60,695 bases of DNA, taken from a virus (Duplodnaviria; Caudoviricetes). Numbering within the stretch: position 1 is the first letter of the stretch; the number at the start of each line of letters is the position of its first letter. The notes below the pieces were generated by a model that did not search any database, was not told where the DNA came from, and was given only the letters and a program-made list of their open reading frames with translations. Both the position numbers and the translations under genes were made by a program. Where the stretch lies: positions 1 to 60,695 of IMG/VR virus record IMGVR_UViG_3300032047_000012; one strand, 5' to 3'. Shown here piece after piece: positions 1 through 9,408 of the stretch.

Positions 1-626
1 TCATTTGGTAAGGTCTGAATGAGTTCTCCGTTTTTCTTCTTATCCTCTAATGTTCCAACCAACGATCCCGATACATAGAAGTTCATCTTTATACTTCCCT
101 TCTTTATGGAAGAGCCGAAGAAGATAGACGGAATGGAGACAAGCTTCATTTCTTGAGTTGCTTTGTCCCACTCTGTGTTTTTGAACGAATAATGTTTACT
201 TAAAGGTTTGTAGTGATTGAAGGTGTTTTTAAGTGCCGTGATCCTGTTTCTATCAGATGTCGTGTAATGGTCTGTTGATATAGATGCAGACATTGGGTAA
301 GAGCCAGATATCTTATCACCATATTGAAAGTTTTGAAAGGATTCTGTTGAAACTGTCTTAAAGCTAGACAACGAACCTTGTTTTGTAACAAAAGGATATA
401 CGAGGTCGCCTGAACCTGGTGAGTTGTCTCTGTTTATGTTTATCTCGTGTAGACTAAGATATCCCTGCTCCGTGTTCTGAATGGTGTCCGTTGTAGAGCC
501 AGATCGAAAAGGCATTACATCATTATTATAATAAATTTTATTATTATTGATAAGGAAATAAGTGCGAGGGTGTGCCTTTATCCTGTTTGTGAATATGTCG
601 TTCTGTTCAAACTTATAATAAGACAC
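1..626 (-). CDS. Partial virion (tail/baseplate) protein, truncated by the window edge; not in the ORF track
   Basis: GTG at 624-626 preceded by AGGAGG (634-639). The frame is open to the window edge: MSYYKFEQNDIFTNRIKAHPR...SIPSIFFGSSIKKGSIKMNF. It shares an F..xxKKG(S/T)xxL segment with the upstream 401-aa protein. Confidence 0.8.
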   Translation of the reverse strand, partial: MSYYKFEQNDIFTNRIKAHPRTYFLINNNKIYYNNDVMPFRSGSTTDTIQNTEQGYLSLHEININRDNSPGSGDLVYPFVTKQGSLSSFKTVSTESFQNFQYGDKISGSYPMSASISTDHYTTSDRNRITALKNTFNHYKPLSKHYSFKNTEWDKATQEMKLVSIPSIFFGSSIKKGSIKMNFYVSGSLVGTLEDKKKNGELIQTLPN

Positions 627-644
627 GTTTAGTCCTCCTAACTT

Positions 645-1850
645 TTAGTAGTCAAGGCGAACACGAAGGGTCATATCGTTCGTTGGATCCTTGCGAAGAG
701 GCTCGGACAATTTAGCAACTGCGAGCATTTCGTTACGTGCAGAATAGAGACCTACTGTTGTGATATAGGAAACAGGAGCGTCTGTTGATTTATTCTTTAC
801 ACGAACCTTGCTGTTCTCCAAGTAAGTTGGGTTAGAACTGTAATTAAAGTCGTTGTGAGCAACACGACAGAAGTAGATAGTTGAGTTCAATTCTGTTGTG
901 TTGCTGAATGAGATATTCTTAATTCTTTTTCTGACTGCAAGAGAGAGTTCATCGTTTGTGCGAGTAGCCATAACAGTGTACATCTTTTCACTTGAAGTAT
1001 TCATATCGCAGTCAGAAGTATAAAGAAAGCCGATTCCATGTTCGGCTGATGTAGGTGTTCCAGCGTATCCCTCAAATTTGTTGAAAACTTCTGGTGTAAT
1101 CGCAACGACACCTGCTTGATAAAAGATTAAGCCACAGTTAGCATTATTTCGGTCGGCATTGATTCCATTGGCGGTATCGGCTGCTGAACCAGAGGTTGCC
1201 TTTAACACGGCGAATTCACCTGCTGGGGAATTAGTTCTATAGTCAGACTCTGCTCCTGCGTCAGTGATAAAAATGTGCTCGGTGTCAAGAGCATCGTCTG
1301 CCGTAGTATTTAGCTTCAAGCTAAATGTTCCCTTTTTAAGCTCATCTTTGCCCAAGAGCCGAGAGAAGTTAAAGAAAATAAGTGCGTTATATTTGTCGCC
1401 AGCGGTCAAGTCACCGTCAATGTCAAATTTTCTAATCTCACCATTTACATCGTGACCAACAAGAACCTGTGCCATTTGACCATAAATGTTTTTTCTTTTT
1501 GAAAAGAGTGCATTCTCATCTATATCAGCGGAAGAACCTGGCATCAAATTTGCAGTGCTCTTGGATACTAGGTCGTCGATGTTGTTATCATAAGTACCCT
1601 GGGTTGTGATAAGGGCATCATGACCGAAAGTCATGTCAAAGATATGATTTGCCGAAGAACTCTGGTATGGGTAGTCATAAACGGACTGAAACATCCCGTG
1701 TCCGTAAGTTTTGATATTAGTTGCCGCTGGTGTTGTCTCGTCATAAGTCACACCATTAACGATAGAGCCTGTAATTGGAATCGCTTCGTGAAGAAGTGTC
1801 CTTGTATTAACAATATCGTCACTTACGAATGTTTTAAATGTTGAAGCCAT
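645..1850 (-). CDS. Tail/baseplate structural protein with a C-terminal tail-collar-fibre (DUF3751-like) segment
   Basis: 401-aa ORF with GAGGA RBS. The C-terminus YITTVGLYSARNEMLAVAKLSEPLRK resembles the (I/V)xExGLF..G.LxAVA..K motif. Located in the structural operon. Confidence 0.7.
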   Translation of the reverse strand: MASTFKTFVSDDIVNTRTLLHEAIPITGSIVNGVTYDETTPAATNIKTYGHGMFQSVYDYPYQSSSANHIFDMTFGHDALITTQGTYDNNIDDLVSKSTANLMPGSSADIDENALFSKRKNIYGQMAQVLVGHDVNGEIRKFDIDGDLTAGDKYNALIFFNFSRLLGKDELKKGTFSLKLNTTADDALDTEHIFITDAGAESDYRTNSPAGEFAVLKATSGSAADTANGINADRNNANCGLIFYQAGVVAITPEVFNKFEGYAGTPTSAEHGIGFLYTSDCDMNTSSEKMYTVMATRTNDELSLAVRKRIKNISFSNTTELNSTIYFCRVAHNDFNYSSNPTYLENSKVRVKNKSTDAPVSYITTVGLYSARNEMLAVAKLSEPLRKDPTNDMTLRVRLDY

Positions 1851-1866
1851 TTTGTGTTATCCTCTT

Positions 1867-2811
1867 TTAATTTTTCTTCATAACCCTAATAGGGATATCG
1901 ATGCTGCTGCCAGTGGTGGCACCAGTTATTCTGACGTTTGTATCAATGTATAAGTAGTTGATACTAGAAATGGTCATTACACTACCTGTTCCGCCTCCCA
2001 ATTCATTGAACAGTGATGTGCTGTTTTCTATCTCCTCTGTACGGAATAAGTTAAACTTAATCATTGAGCCTACTGGTCCGTCGATGACTACATTTTTCGT
2101 AGATGGTTTCTCCAGCTTTTCTACATATGCCCTGTCCGTGAGGGAAAAATAATAAGTAGCAACCTGGTCGTCGTCTATATATGATACGGAGGCTGCTACA
2201 TCGTTATCCCTTGGGTTCACGACTTTTGCGAGGCGGTTGTCAACGCTGACAATATATTGGGTCTCTCTTAATTCGCTGCCGATATCTCTAGTGAAAGAAA
2301 TCTCTGTCGTATCCTGACCTTGGACCGCCTGAATGTGTCTCACTGGGTTGGTGCCGAGGACACCTTTGACTTTGGCATCTTCATTAAGCAGTTCATCACG
2401 AGTAGCATCGTCTGCTGGTAAGAAATATACGCCGTTGCCTGCGCTGCTTTCCGAAATTTCGCTGAATAGAAGACTGTTCGAGCTAAAGGCGGCGGCAGGA
2501 TAAGTTACATCGTCTATTTTAATGACTGGGAGATAAAGTAAGTTTGTCTGTGGCATTGACATCAATTTATGCTTCAAGGAAGAAGTGTTATTTGTAAAAG
2601 CTTCCAGTACTGGAGTTTGCATAATCTCCAAATCATAGTAAGCTGAACCTCTTGAATCGTTCTTATTAAAGAGACCGTAATCAATCTCGTCGTCGCCAAG
2701 TGCGAACTTTACAATCTTGAAAGAGCCATCACCTTGTGCCAGTCTTTTTCTGCCTGTGTCCGTTAATACTGCATCAAGAATGATGTCGCCTGAATTATCT
2801 AAAAATGCCAT
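1867..2811 (-). CDS. Tail/baseplate structural protein
   Basis: 314-aa ORF with GGAGGA RBS. N-terminus DAVLTDTGRKRLAQGDGSFKIVKFALGDDEIDY is typical of tail-collar-like proteins of large myophages. Confidence 0.7.
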   Translation of the reverse strand: MAFLDNSGDIILDAVLTDTGRKRLAQGDGSFKIVKFALGDDEIDYGLFNKNDSRGSAYYDLEIMQTPVLEAFTNNTSSLKHKLMSMPQTNLLYLPVIKIDDVTYPAAAFSSNSLLFSEISESSAGNGVYFLPADDATRDELLNEDAKVKGVLGTNPVRHIQAVQGQDTTEISFTRDIGSELRETQYIVSVDNRLAKVVNPRDNDVAASVSYIDDDQVATYYFSLTDRAYVEKLEKPSTKNVVIDGPVGSMIKFNLFRTEEIENSTSLFNELGGGTGSVMTISSINYLYIDTNVRITGATTGSSIDIPIRVMKKN

Positions 2812-2832
2812 TTTATTCTGTCCTCCGCATTA

Positions 2833-2880
2833 TAATTAGTTTTATTATAGAAATAACGCCTGAATCATAAATTAATTAGT
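2833..2880 (-). promoter_or_regulatory. Two copies of the putative late promoter motif ACTAATTA
   Basis: TAATTAGT on the plus strand at 2833-2840 and 2873-2880, in the intergenic gap upstream of 1867..2811. Confidence 0.6.
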
Positions 2881-5235
2881 TTACTCTGATACTTCTGTTT
2901 CTTGTTTTGTAGTAAACGTGAAATTAAAGTCAATTTTCTTGCCAGTTGATTTAGAGGTAAGTCTCATTTTGTATTTCTTACCCCAGGTGGATTCTTTTTG
3001 TACACCTAGCACCACTGTCTGACCTGGCTGTGGTCCTGGCGTACCTTCTATGCCCATAGCCTCTTCATTTGCGAATAAGCTCTCGAAAGCTGGTAGAATA
3101 TGAATGAACCTCTTAACACCCCTACTTAATTTTTGCTTTTTCGGTTCTTCAAATTCGCATATTTTACTTATTGGATATATGGAACCTGCATCGTCAACGA
3201 TCTCAATTTCGTATATAACACTTGGATGTGATAGATTTCCATGATAATCCCTTGCCCTTAAACAATAATAATACTTTTTATTTGGTGCTACGTTATCTAT
3301 GTGGGAATATGAAGATGCATCGTCGGTTGCCATATCCAGCGATGTACCATTTTCTTCGAAGTCTTCATAACTTGTAGGTTTTCTATCCATTTTGTAAAGA
3401 GTGAACTCGTGAATATGGTCATCTGACTCAAACATTATTTCTTTTTGAGAAAGAGGGATGTCCTGTGCTATTTTATATTTCTTCACCAACTCTTCGTCAC
3501 TAGCTGTAAAGACAATAGGTTCTGCCATGTATCTACCAACAGAAGAGTTAAAGAAGAACTTTATCTTGTTATTGACTCCTCTGAAAAAGATGGGCAGTAT
3601 TTCTGGTGCTATAGGTGGGTTATCGTAAATGATAACAGATTTCTCGAATACAGGAACGTTGATAATTTTGATATGTGGTTCGGATACTACTGTGAAATTC
3701 ATTCCAGAAACGAGGGTTTCTGTACCCCTTTCGTTTTGCATAAATGTAGCAACGAGAGTGGGATTTTCATATCTATACTTCGTCCCTATTACAAGAATCG
3801 ATGCGATGATCTTATATCTGTATCTCTTGTCATATTTCACTTGCGTGTCTACAAATTTTATGACTTCGAGCTTATCGGTATTGGTGAAATGAAAAGTCTG
3901 AAGCAAATTGTTCTCTGCATCTATTTTTTCGACCTTATAGAAGAGAACTTCGTTATATGAAGTCTGACCATCTACAATTTCTTTATAGTCCCTGAATCTT
4001 TGCTTTTTTATCTTTTCAACTCTTCCCTTTATTATAATAGACATTAAATTGTAGAAAGCACGATAATCTGAACCTGGAAGGATATCGTCATTGAACGTAA
4101 GCTCATTTGAGTCAGATGGTTCAAACATCTCCATAACATCATCAACGTTCCAAGATGCCCTGAATGCTGCTTCTGATGTAGAGGTGATAACACCTTCTTC
4201 AAACCCTTCTTGACCGCTATCATCAGTGACCAATCTTTCGGACTGGTTTGTCCTAACCTCTGCCGTGCGAAATACGGATACATTGTCTGTAGTTAGATAG
4301 TTTCTGATTTGTGAAGAGAAGTTTGTTTCTTCTAGAGTGGTGCCAAGAAGTGCATCGTCCTCTACATTGAACTCTATTGTGTTGAACATAGGAAATGAAT
4401 CCTTGTACTCGTACAATTCTTGCAACCTTTTTGTCTCTTTTTTTGTAAAAGAGACTTCTCTCATACGTGTGTTCTTGGCATAATCTGCTTGGTCACTTTT
4501 ATAGTCCTCAAAACTTTCTGACCATTTTGTGAAATAATCGCTGATTGGTCTTATTCTGCCGTCTAGTCCTGACGGTGGTCCCAATTTTATTCTGCCGCCG
4601 TGATTTCTTATTGAAGCTCTGTCACGACGCCTGTCCAGGTCAGTGTCTTCTCTGATGTCTCTGATAAGAAGGTTGTAATAGTTTGGAAGGTCTATTTCTC
4701 GTATAGCGCCTTCGTAAGAGTCTATGAAACTTTCATATCCCTCTTCTAAAAAATTATAGTCTGACTTTATTTCTGCATAGAGATTCTTTATTCCTGCTGC
4801 TTGTTCAACCTCGTTATTGCCATCTTCATATATGTTTATCACTGTAGCATGGTCGAGGTGCTCTTGTGAGTTGCTTAAGAAATCAATAAACTCTTGAATT
4901 CGGCGATCGCTGACGGTTTGGTCGGGAGAGCCCGTGTATGGAACGGGATTCCTGAAAGCTAAACTCATGTGTTGCGTAATAACATCTGATTCTGGAGAAG
5001 ACTCTGTTCTCTGTACGCTTACAGACTCCACAGGTCCGCCTCCGACCATCTTTTGCTTACTAGCATCTGGCTTTATCCAAAAGGCACCAAGTTGTTTACG
5101 CAATAAGTCCGAGGAGTTAATTCCTTCGTGTGCGTCATAACTGTCCGTAGGATCTTCGAGAGAAGCGTAGGACGACGATACGACAAATAACTCATCACCA
5201 GACTTCTTACTTTGATTTGCTTTGTTTCCAGACAT
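2881..5235 (-). CDS. Hypothetical virion protein with fibronectin-III-like beta segments
   Basis: 784-aa ORF. Segments FVDTQVKYDKRYRYKI and HIDNVAPNKKYYYCLRARDYHGNLSHPS look FN3-like. Late motif upstream at 5260-5267. Confidence 0.6.
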   Translation of the reverse strand: MSGNKANQSKKSGDELFVVSSSYASLEDPTDSYDAHEGINSSDLLRKQLGAFWIKPDASKQKMVGGGPVESVSVQRTESSPESDVITQHMSLAFRNPVPYTGSPDQTVSDRRIQEFIDFLSNSQEHLDHATVINIYEDGNNEVEQAAGIKNLYAEIKSDYNFLEEGYESFIDSYEGAIREIDLPNYYNLLIRDIREDTDLDRRRDRASIRNHGGRIKLGPPSGLDGRIRPISDYFTKWSESFEDYKSDQADYAKNTRMREVSFTKKETKRLQELYEYKDSFPMFNTIEFNVEDDALLGTTLEETNFSSQIRNYLTTDNVSVFRTAEVRTNQSERLVTDDSGQEGFEEGVITSTSEAAFRASWNVDDVMEMFEPSDSNELTFNDDILPGSDYRAFYNLMSIIIKGRVEKIKKQRFRDYKEIVDGQTSYNEVLFYKVEKIDAENNLLQTFHFTNTDKLEVIKFVDTQVKYDKRYRYKIIASILVIGTKYRYENPTLVATFMQNERGTETLVSGMNFTVVSEPHIKIINVPVFEKSVIIYDNPPIAPEILPIFFRGVNNKIKFFFNSSVGRYMAEPIVFTASDEELVKKYKIAQDIPLSQKEIMFESDDHIHEFTLYKMDRKPTSYEDFEENGTSLDMATDDASSYSHIDNVAPNKKYYYCLRARDYHGNLSHPSVIYEIEIVDDAGSIYPISKICEFEEPKKQKLSRGVKRFIHILPAFESLFANEEAMGIEGTPGPQPGQTVVLGVQKESTWGKKYKMRLTSKSTGKKIDFNFTFTTKQETEVSE

Positions 5236-5302
5236 AGTTTAATTATTCTCTCTTTACAATAAATAGGTTGAATGAAGTTTTCTGGCTCTGTGTATAGTGT
5301 TT

Positions 5303-8300
5303 CTAATTAAGGTCAAGCCTGACAATGTTTGACCCCTCTAGATTCCTAAGTCGTTCACGTAGAGTGTCTACTTCAACTTCTAATTGGCTGACTTCGGGAA
5401 TTAGAGAACTTCTTCTATCAATCATTCCTGATTCAAACTCGTGAAGGGTGTTATCCCAGTACGTATAGATAAATTTAGGCTCAGGTTTCATAAATTGTTG
5501 AATATCACTGGATTGTACAGAACCAAAGAATATCAAGTCGGGTCTGCTATAATTATCTGGATTGTTCACCAGTTGTGCTATGATTCCTTCCGCCTCAAGA
5601 ATATCTGCTCTCAATTGTTCGAGTTCTTCTCTTTTTTCTTGCAGAATGCGAAATTTCTCCGCAAGGCGACGTCGAAGATCCGACTTAACTGAATCAACCG
5701 AATTTGCAAATGGTAAAGCATTTTGATCTCTTTCATCTTGCTCGGCTGCGTCTGATGCGAGATTACGTGCGAATTGTGAACCCATCTCTAGTTCAAAATC
5801 TGCGGCAGGTTTTATAATAAAAAATGCGTCGTAGATAGGAGTCCTAGAATTTGCAGTTCTTATTCCCAAAGCGGGCAGATGGCTTGGGCTTATTTTACAA
5901 AGTAAATTTTTATCTGCATTGTTGCTATAAACATCCAAAGTTAAATTTTCCCACCTTGGCAAACTTACATTCAATCTATTCTCGTCAGGGTCGAATCCAG
6001 AGAGGTAAGAAATCTTTGTAAGAAACTCAAGTGTCACAACGAAGACTGACTCCATCGATGCTGGACCATCCTGCATTAGCGAGATAACCTGGTTGGGTGC
6101 TGATTCTGCGGTGGCTCTTCTATCCGAAGGTGGCAAGCCTGAGAGATCTAGGATCTCTCCTTCAAGCCTCTCTTCTTTTGAAACCTTGTCAAATATAAAT
6201 TTTTCAAAAGATCTTTGCTTTTCTAGAGTGGCTGATGCCTGTTCCTCAATTGGCTCAATAGAGTTATCTGGAGAGTTGGCTGTTGTTGCGGAAGAATCCG
6301 TAGAACCAATATCTTGATTTAATAAAGTATTAGTTTTAAAAATATGCTCAAGTGTAGCATCACGTCTAGAAAGATATGAAGCCTCTGGTCTATTTCCTGA
6401 TGGCACATAGGCTGGTGAGCCTGGGAAATGTCCTTCTACATTTAGCAAGACATCGTTTCTAATAATAGCTTCGCTGGCAGCAGTGTCTCCCAGCCCAGTG
6501 AATACAGAAAGATTTCTATCAGAATCCATAAACGCTGACATTGATAAGAATTCTGAACCAGGACCAAGGAGTGAGACGTTATTTGAACCTGGTGCTCCTT
6601 CTAGTACAGGCAAAGAGACTTCTGTCGTTCCCGCTGGGAAATATTTATTTATCTCCTGTTTTACCCTATCCGTGTATTCTGCCCCATTAATAACACGAAG
6701 CCCCACTTCTCCAGCATCTCTGGATAAAGAAGTTATTTCCCTTCTTGCAGCATCTGAAGTCGTTGTGCTAAAATTTGACAAATATTCAATGCCTTCCAGC
6801 TTTGGAACATTTGAATCAAACAATTTCTCTGGTGATGTGTAGAATTTCTTTGCTGTGATTCTTGCGTCTGTTACCGATGGACTCAACCTTCCCTCGTAAT
6901 AATCGTTTGATTCGCCTATAGATGAGGCGGCGTTCGCAAGAAGAGATTCCATCACCTCAATAATTACTTCTAATTCTTTTGGAGACTTTATTTTATCCAT
7001 TCTTAACAGGTCGCCTATCTTTCGTAGAGTTTCGTCGGCTATAAGTTGAGCATCTCTCAAAAACCCGAGGCGCTGTAAGCCTTTGCCTCCTACATTTGGT
7101 CTCCCTATAAATGTGCGATAAATGTCTCGGGCTCTATCTTTTGTGGATTTAAATTCTCTTATCTCGCCTGCGTCAGAAACAATTTCTTCCAGAGGTCTGG
7201 TATATAAGTCTGTTCTCGCATCATAAAACTCTGGTCGTATTGAGCCTGCTAAAATTTTCTTCATAACCGAGATGCTTTCGCTCAATCGACTAAGTTTTCT
7301 CAAAAGCAATTGGCGAGTAGTATCAATGATTTCGATTGAAACACCATAAGAGTATACCCCATCTGTAACGTTTGCGATATCATAATCTGTTCCTGTAACA
7401 AACATAAGGTTGTTGTCATCTAAGGGGCTCTCGCTGACGCCTGTTATGTTTATCTGCATTATGGAGCCCGTGTCGGTTATTACCTTTGTTAAGGCAGCAC
7501 CTCCTGAAAGCTTTGTTGTCTCTACAATCTCTTCCAATGTTCTCTCGTCTTTGAAATCCTTAACGGTTCTGCCATTTATATCCTGAACTACTTCTACTCT
7601 TTTCCTCAATATTTTTAAAGAGGGTATTTGCATCTGATTTATCAAATTGTATTTCTCTATTGAAGTAAGTCTCTTATAGATGTCCTTATACTCGCTTCTC
7701 TTCTCAAAGAACGAAGCTATATCAAAGATAAACACGAATTTTGCTTCACCTTGAGCGTTTCTCGTTATCCACAGGTCTGAAATAAAATCTGTCGTAAAGG
7801 AACTATCCCTTTCTTTCTTCGTAAGAACCTGTTCTTCAAGGAACTTGAAGTCCTCCGCTCGTTGTTCCAAGAACTCAAACTTTTTAATCTCTTCTCTTAT
7901 TCTAAAGTCTTGAATTGGATATTGAAGTTGTCCGTTCTTGTATATCTCAATCTTTTCAGTCTTTTGAGTATCTCGTGTGGCAGCATTGAAAAGGTCAATG
8001 CCGTAGTCTTGCTCCATCTGGGATATATCAAAAGATGTTACCACATAAAAGTTCATCGACTCGGGTTGATTGTCAATATAATATGTCTTTTCAAACGTGA
8101 ATTTAGAAATATTTGAGTCATTTTGCGACTCTATCATTTCGCCCAAGTTTGTATACCGTATCTCTGGGGTGGTATTTATATCCTGGTCTACAACGCCGTC
8201 GTACTCAAGACGAGTTCGAATTTGGAAGTATTTTTCATACTCCTGTTGATTAAACCAAGTGCCGATGGCATCTTGGTTAACCACATCCGAAATAGAATAA

Positions 8301-8419
8301 ACGACTCTCACTGCAATGCCTTTAGAATAGGTAAAGAGCCTGTTGCTTTCAAAGGTGATGTTTTCTACAGTCGCCACTGGTACCAGTGAGTTTAATATTT
8401 CTGCTTCTGTTTGAGCCAT
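5303..8419 (-). CDS. Large hypothetical virion protein with a C-terminal coiled coil
   Basis: About 1040-aa ORF. The ATG at 8417-8419 overlaps the upstream TAA (TAATG coupling). Structural operon context. Confidence 0.65.
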   Translation of the reverse strand: MAQTEAEILNSLVPVATVENITFESNRLFTYSKGIAVRVVYSISDVVNQDAIGTWFNQQEYEKYFQIRTRLEYDGVVDQDINTTPEIRYTNLGEMIESQNDSNISKFTFEKTYYIDNQPESMNFYVVTSFDISQMEQDYGIDLFNAATRDTQKTEKIEIYKNGQLQYPIQDFRIREEIKKFEFLEQRAEDFKFLEEQVLTKKERDSSFTTDFISDLWITRNAQGEAKFVFIFDIASFFEKRSEYKDIYKRLTSIEKYNLINQMQIPSLKILRKRVEVVQDINGRTVKDFKDERTLEEIVETTKLSGGAALTKVITDTGSIMQINITGVSESPLDDNNLMFVTGTDYDIANVTDGVYSYGVSIEIIDTTRQLLLRKLSRLSESISVMKKILAGSIRPEFYDARTDLYTRPLEEIVSDAGEIREFKSTKDRARDIYRTFIGRPNVGGKGLQRLGFLRDAQLIADETLRKIGDLLRMDKIKSPKELEVIIEVMESLLANAASSIGESNDYYEGRLSPSVTDARITAKKFYTSPEKLFDSNVPKLEGIEYLSNFSTTTSDAARREITSLSRDAGEVGLRVINGAEYTDRVKQEINKYFPAGTTEVSLPVLEGAPGSNNVSLLGPGSEFLSMSAFMDSDRNLSVFTGLGDTAASEAIIRNDVLLNVEGHFPGSPAYVPSGNRPEASYLSRRDATLEHIFKTNTLLNQDIGSTDSSATTANSPDNSIEPIEEQASATLEKQRSFEKFIFDKVSKEERLEGEILDLSGLPPSDRRATAESAPNQVISLMQDGPASMESVFVVTLEFLTKISYLSGFDPDENRLNVSLPRWENLTLDVYSNNADKNLLCKISPSHLPALGIRTANSRTPIYDAFFIIKPAADFELEMGSQFARNLASDAAEQDERDQNALPFANSVDSVKSDLRRRLAEKFRILQEKREELEQLRADILEAEGIIAQLVNNPDNYSRPDLIFFGSVQSSDIQQFMKPEPKFIYTYWDNTLHEFESGMIDRRSSLIPEVSQLEVEVDTLRERLRNLEGSNIVRLDLN

Positions 8420-9408
8420 TAGCAATCTTCTCCAAATGGTGGGATAGAATCAATGTTGTCATAAATCTTATCCATATCACTATCGCCAACGAAGTCGTCG
8501 CAATTGACTTTGATGTGACCTCGCTTGCTAAAGTCTGTCTGATATCCAAGCCGACAGAGGGCGCTGGCATCTATTTCACTGTCAACATAAATTCTTAAGT
8601 GATTGAGGATGCTAGTCTCGTTGACCTCTTCTTCTTGAATATCTTCTATCTCGTCTTTATACATTCCATCGACAATAGAATCTTCCGTATCACGAGGAAA
8701 GCGAAGTGGCAAAAGAATCTCCTCATTTGTATCTACGTCTTCCTCAACAACAAAGAATTCAATGTCATAATTCTCTGAAAGAGAATCTGTGTGTAATTCA
8801 TCAATCTCCAGTATTATGTCTTTATGTTCAATTCTTATTGCCGTATTGTTCTGAAAAGTTCCCTCATCTGTAACTGCGGATGAGTTATGGTCGTGGGCAC
8901 CATCATTTGCAACGACGGATACCTTATATTCTAGGTCTTCTAAGTTCATTTGTGGGATTTGAAGTGTCTGCTTTCCATCTCCTGAACTTGTAATTAACTG
9001 TTGTTGAAAATTTGCTCCATGAAGTGTAACATCCCAAGAGGGTGCATTATCAGAAGTCAGGGCGCTTCGTCCAAGAGGGGTGGAAAGTGCATAATGCTTT
9101 TCTTTAGTTGCCTGAAAAGAATCTTTTAACTTCTTTTTACCAGCCCTTGACTCCTCTATTTGTCTCTCAATCTCTCTCTCTAAACTAGTGTAAGTTGTTT
9201 GAACCCGAAGTCTCGGAGTTTGCTCTAGGATTCTCGTTTGACTATAATTTTGTTCTTCAATCGCACCTGCATACTCTGAATCATAAATAATATCATCGTC
9301 AAAAAAAGCGTACAGGGCTGGTTTAAACTTTCCCTTTGACAGGAGGTATTTTCCATAGGAAGTAAGTTCTATCTCCATTACTTCTTCTTTTTGATTCTTG
9401 AAAGTCAT
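8419..9408 (-). CDS. Tail/baseplate structural protein, N-terminally paralogous to 1867..2811
   Basis: N-terminus IELTSYGKYLLSKGKFKPALYAFFDDDIIY aligns by eye with VLTDTGRKRLAQG...FALGDDEIDY. ATGA overlap with the 4004-aa gene. Confidence 0.65.
   Translation of the reverse strand: MTFKNQKEEVMEIELTSYGKYLLSKGKFKPALYAFFDDDIIYDSEYAGAIEEQNYSQTRILEQTPRLRVQTTYTSLEREIERQIEESRAGKKKLKDSFQATKEKHYALSTPLGRSALTSDNAPSWDVTLHGANFQQQLITSSGDGKQTLQIPQMNLEDLEYKVSVVANDGAHDHNSSAVTDEGTFQNNTAIRIEHKDIILEIDELHTDSLSENYDIEFFVVEEDVDTNEEILLPLRFPRDTEDSIVDGMYKDEIEDIQEEEVNETSILNHLRIYVDSEIDASALCRLGYQTDFSKRGHIKVNCDDFVGDSDMDKIYDNIDSIPPFGEDC

Noticed and set aside
200-391. 63-aa minus-strand ORF
   Set aside because: Out of frame inside the longer gene 1..626, which has a strong RBS.
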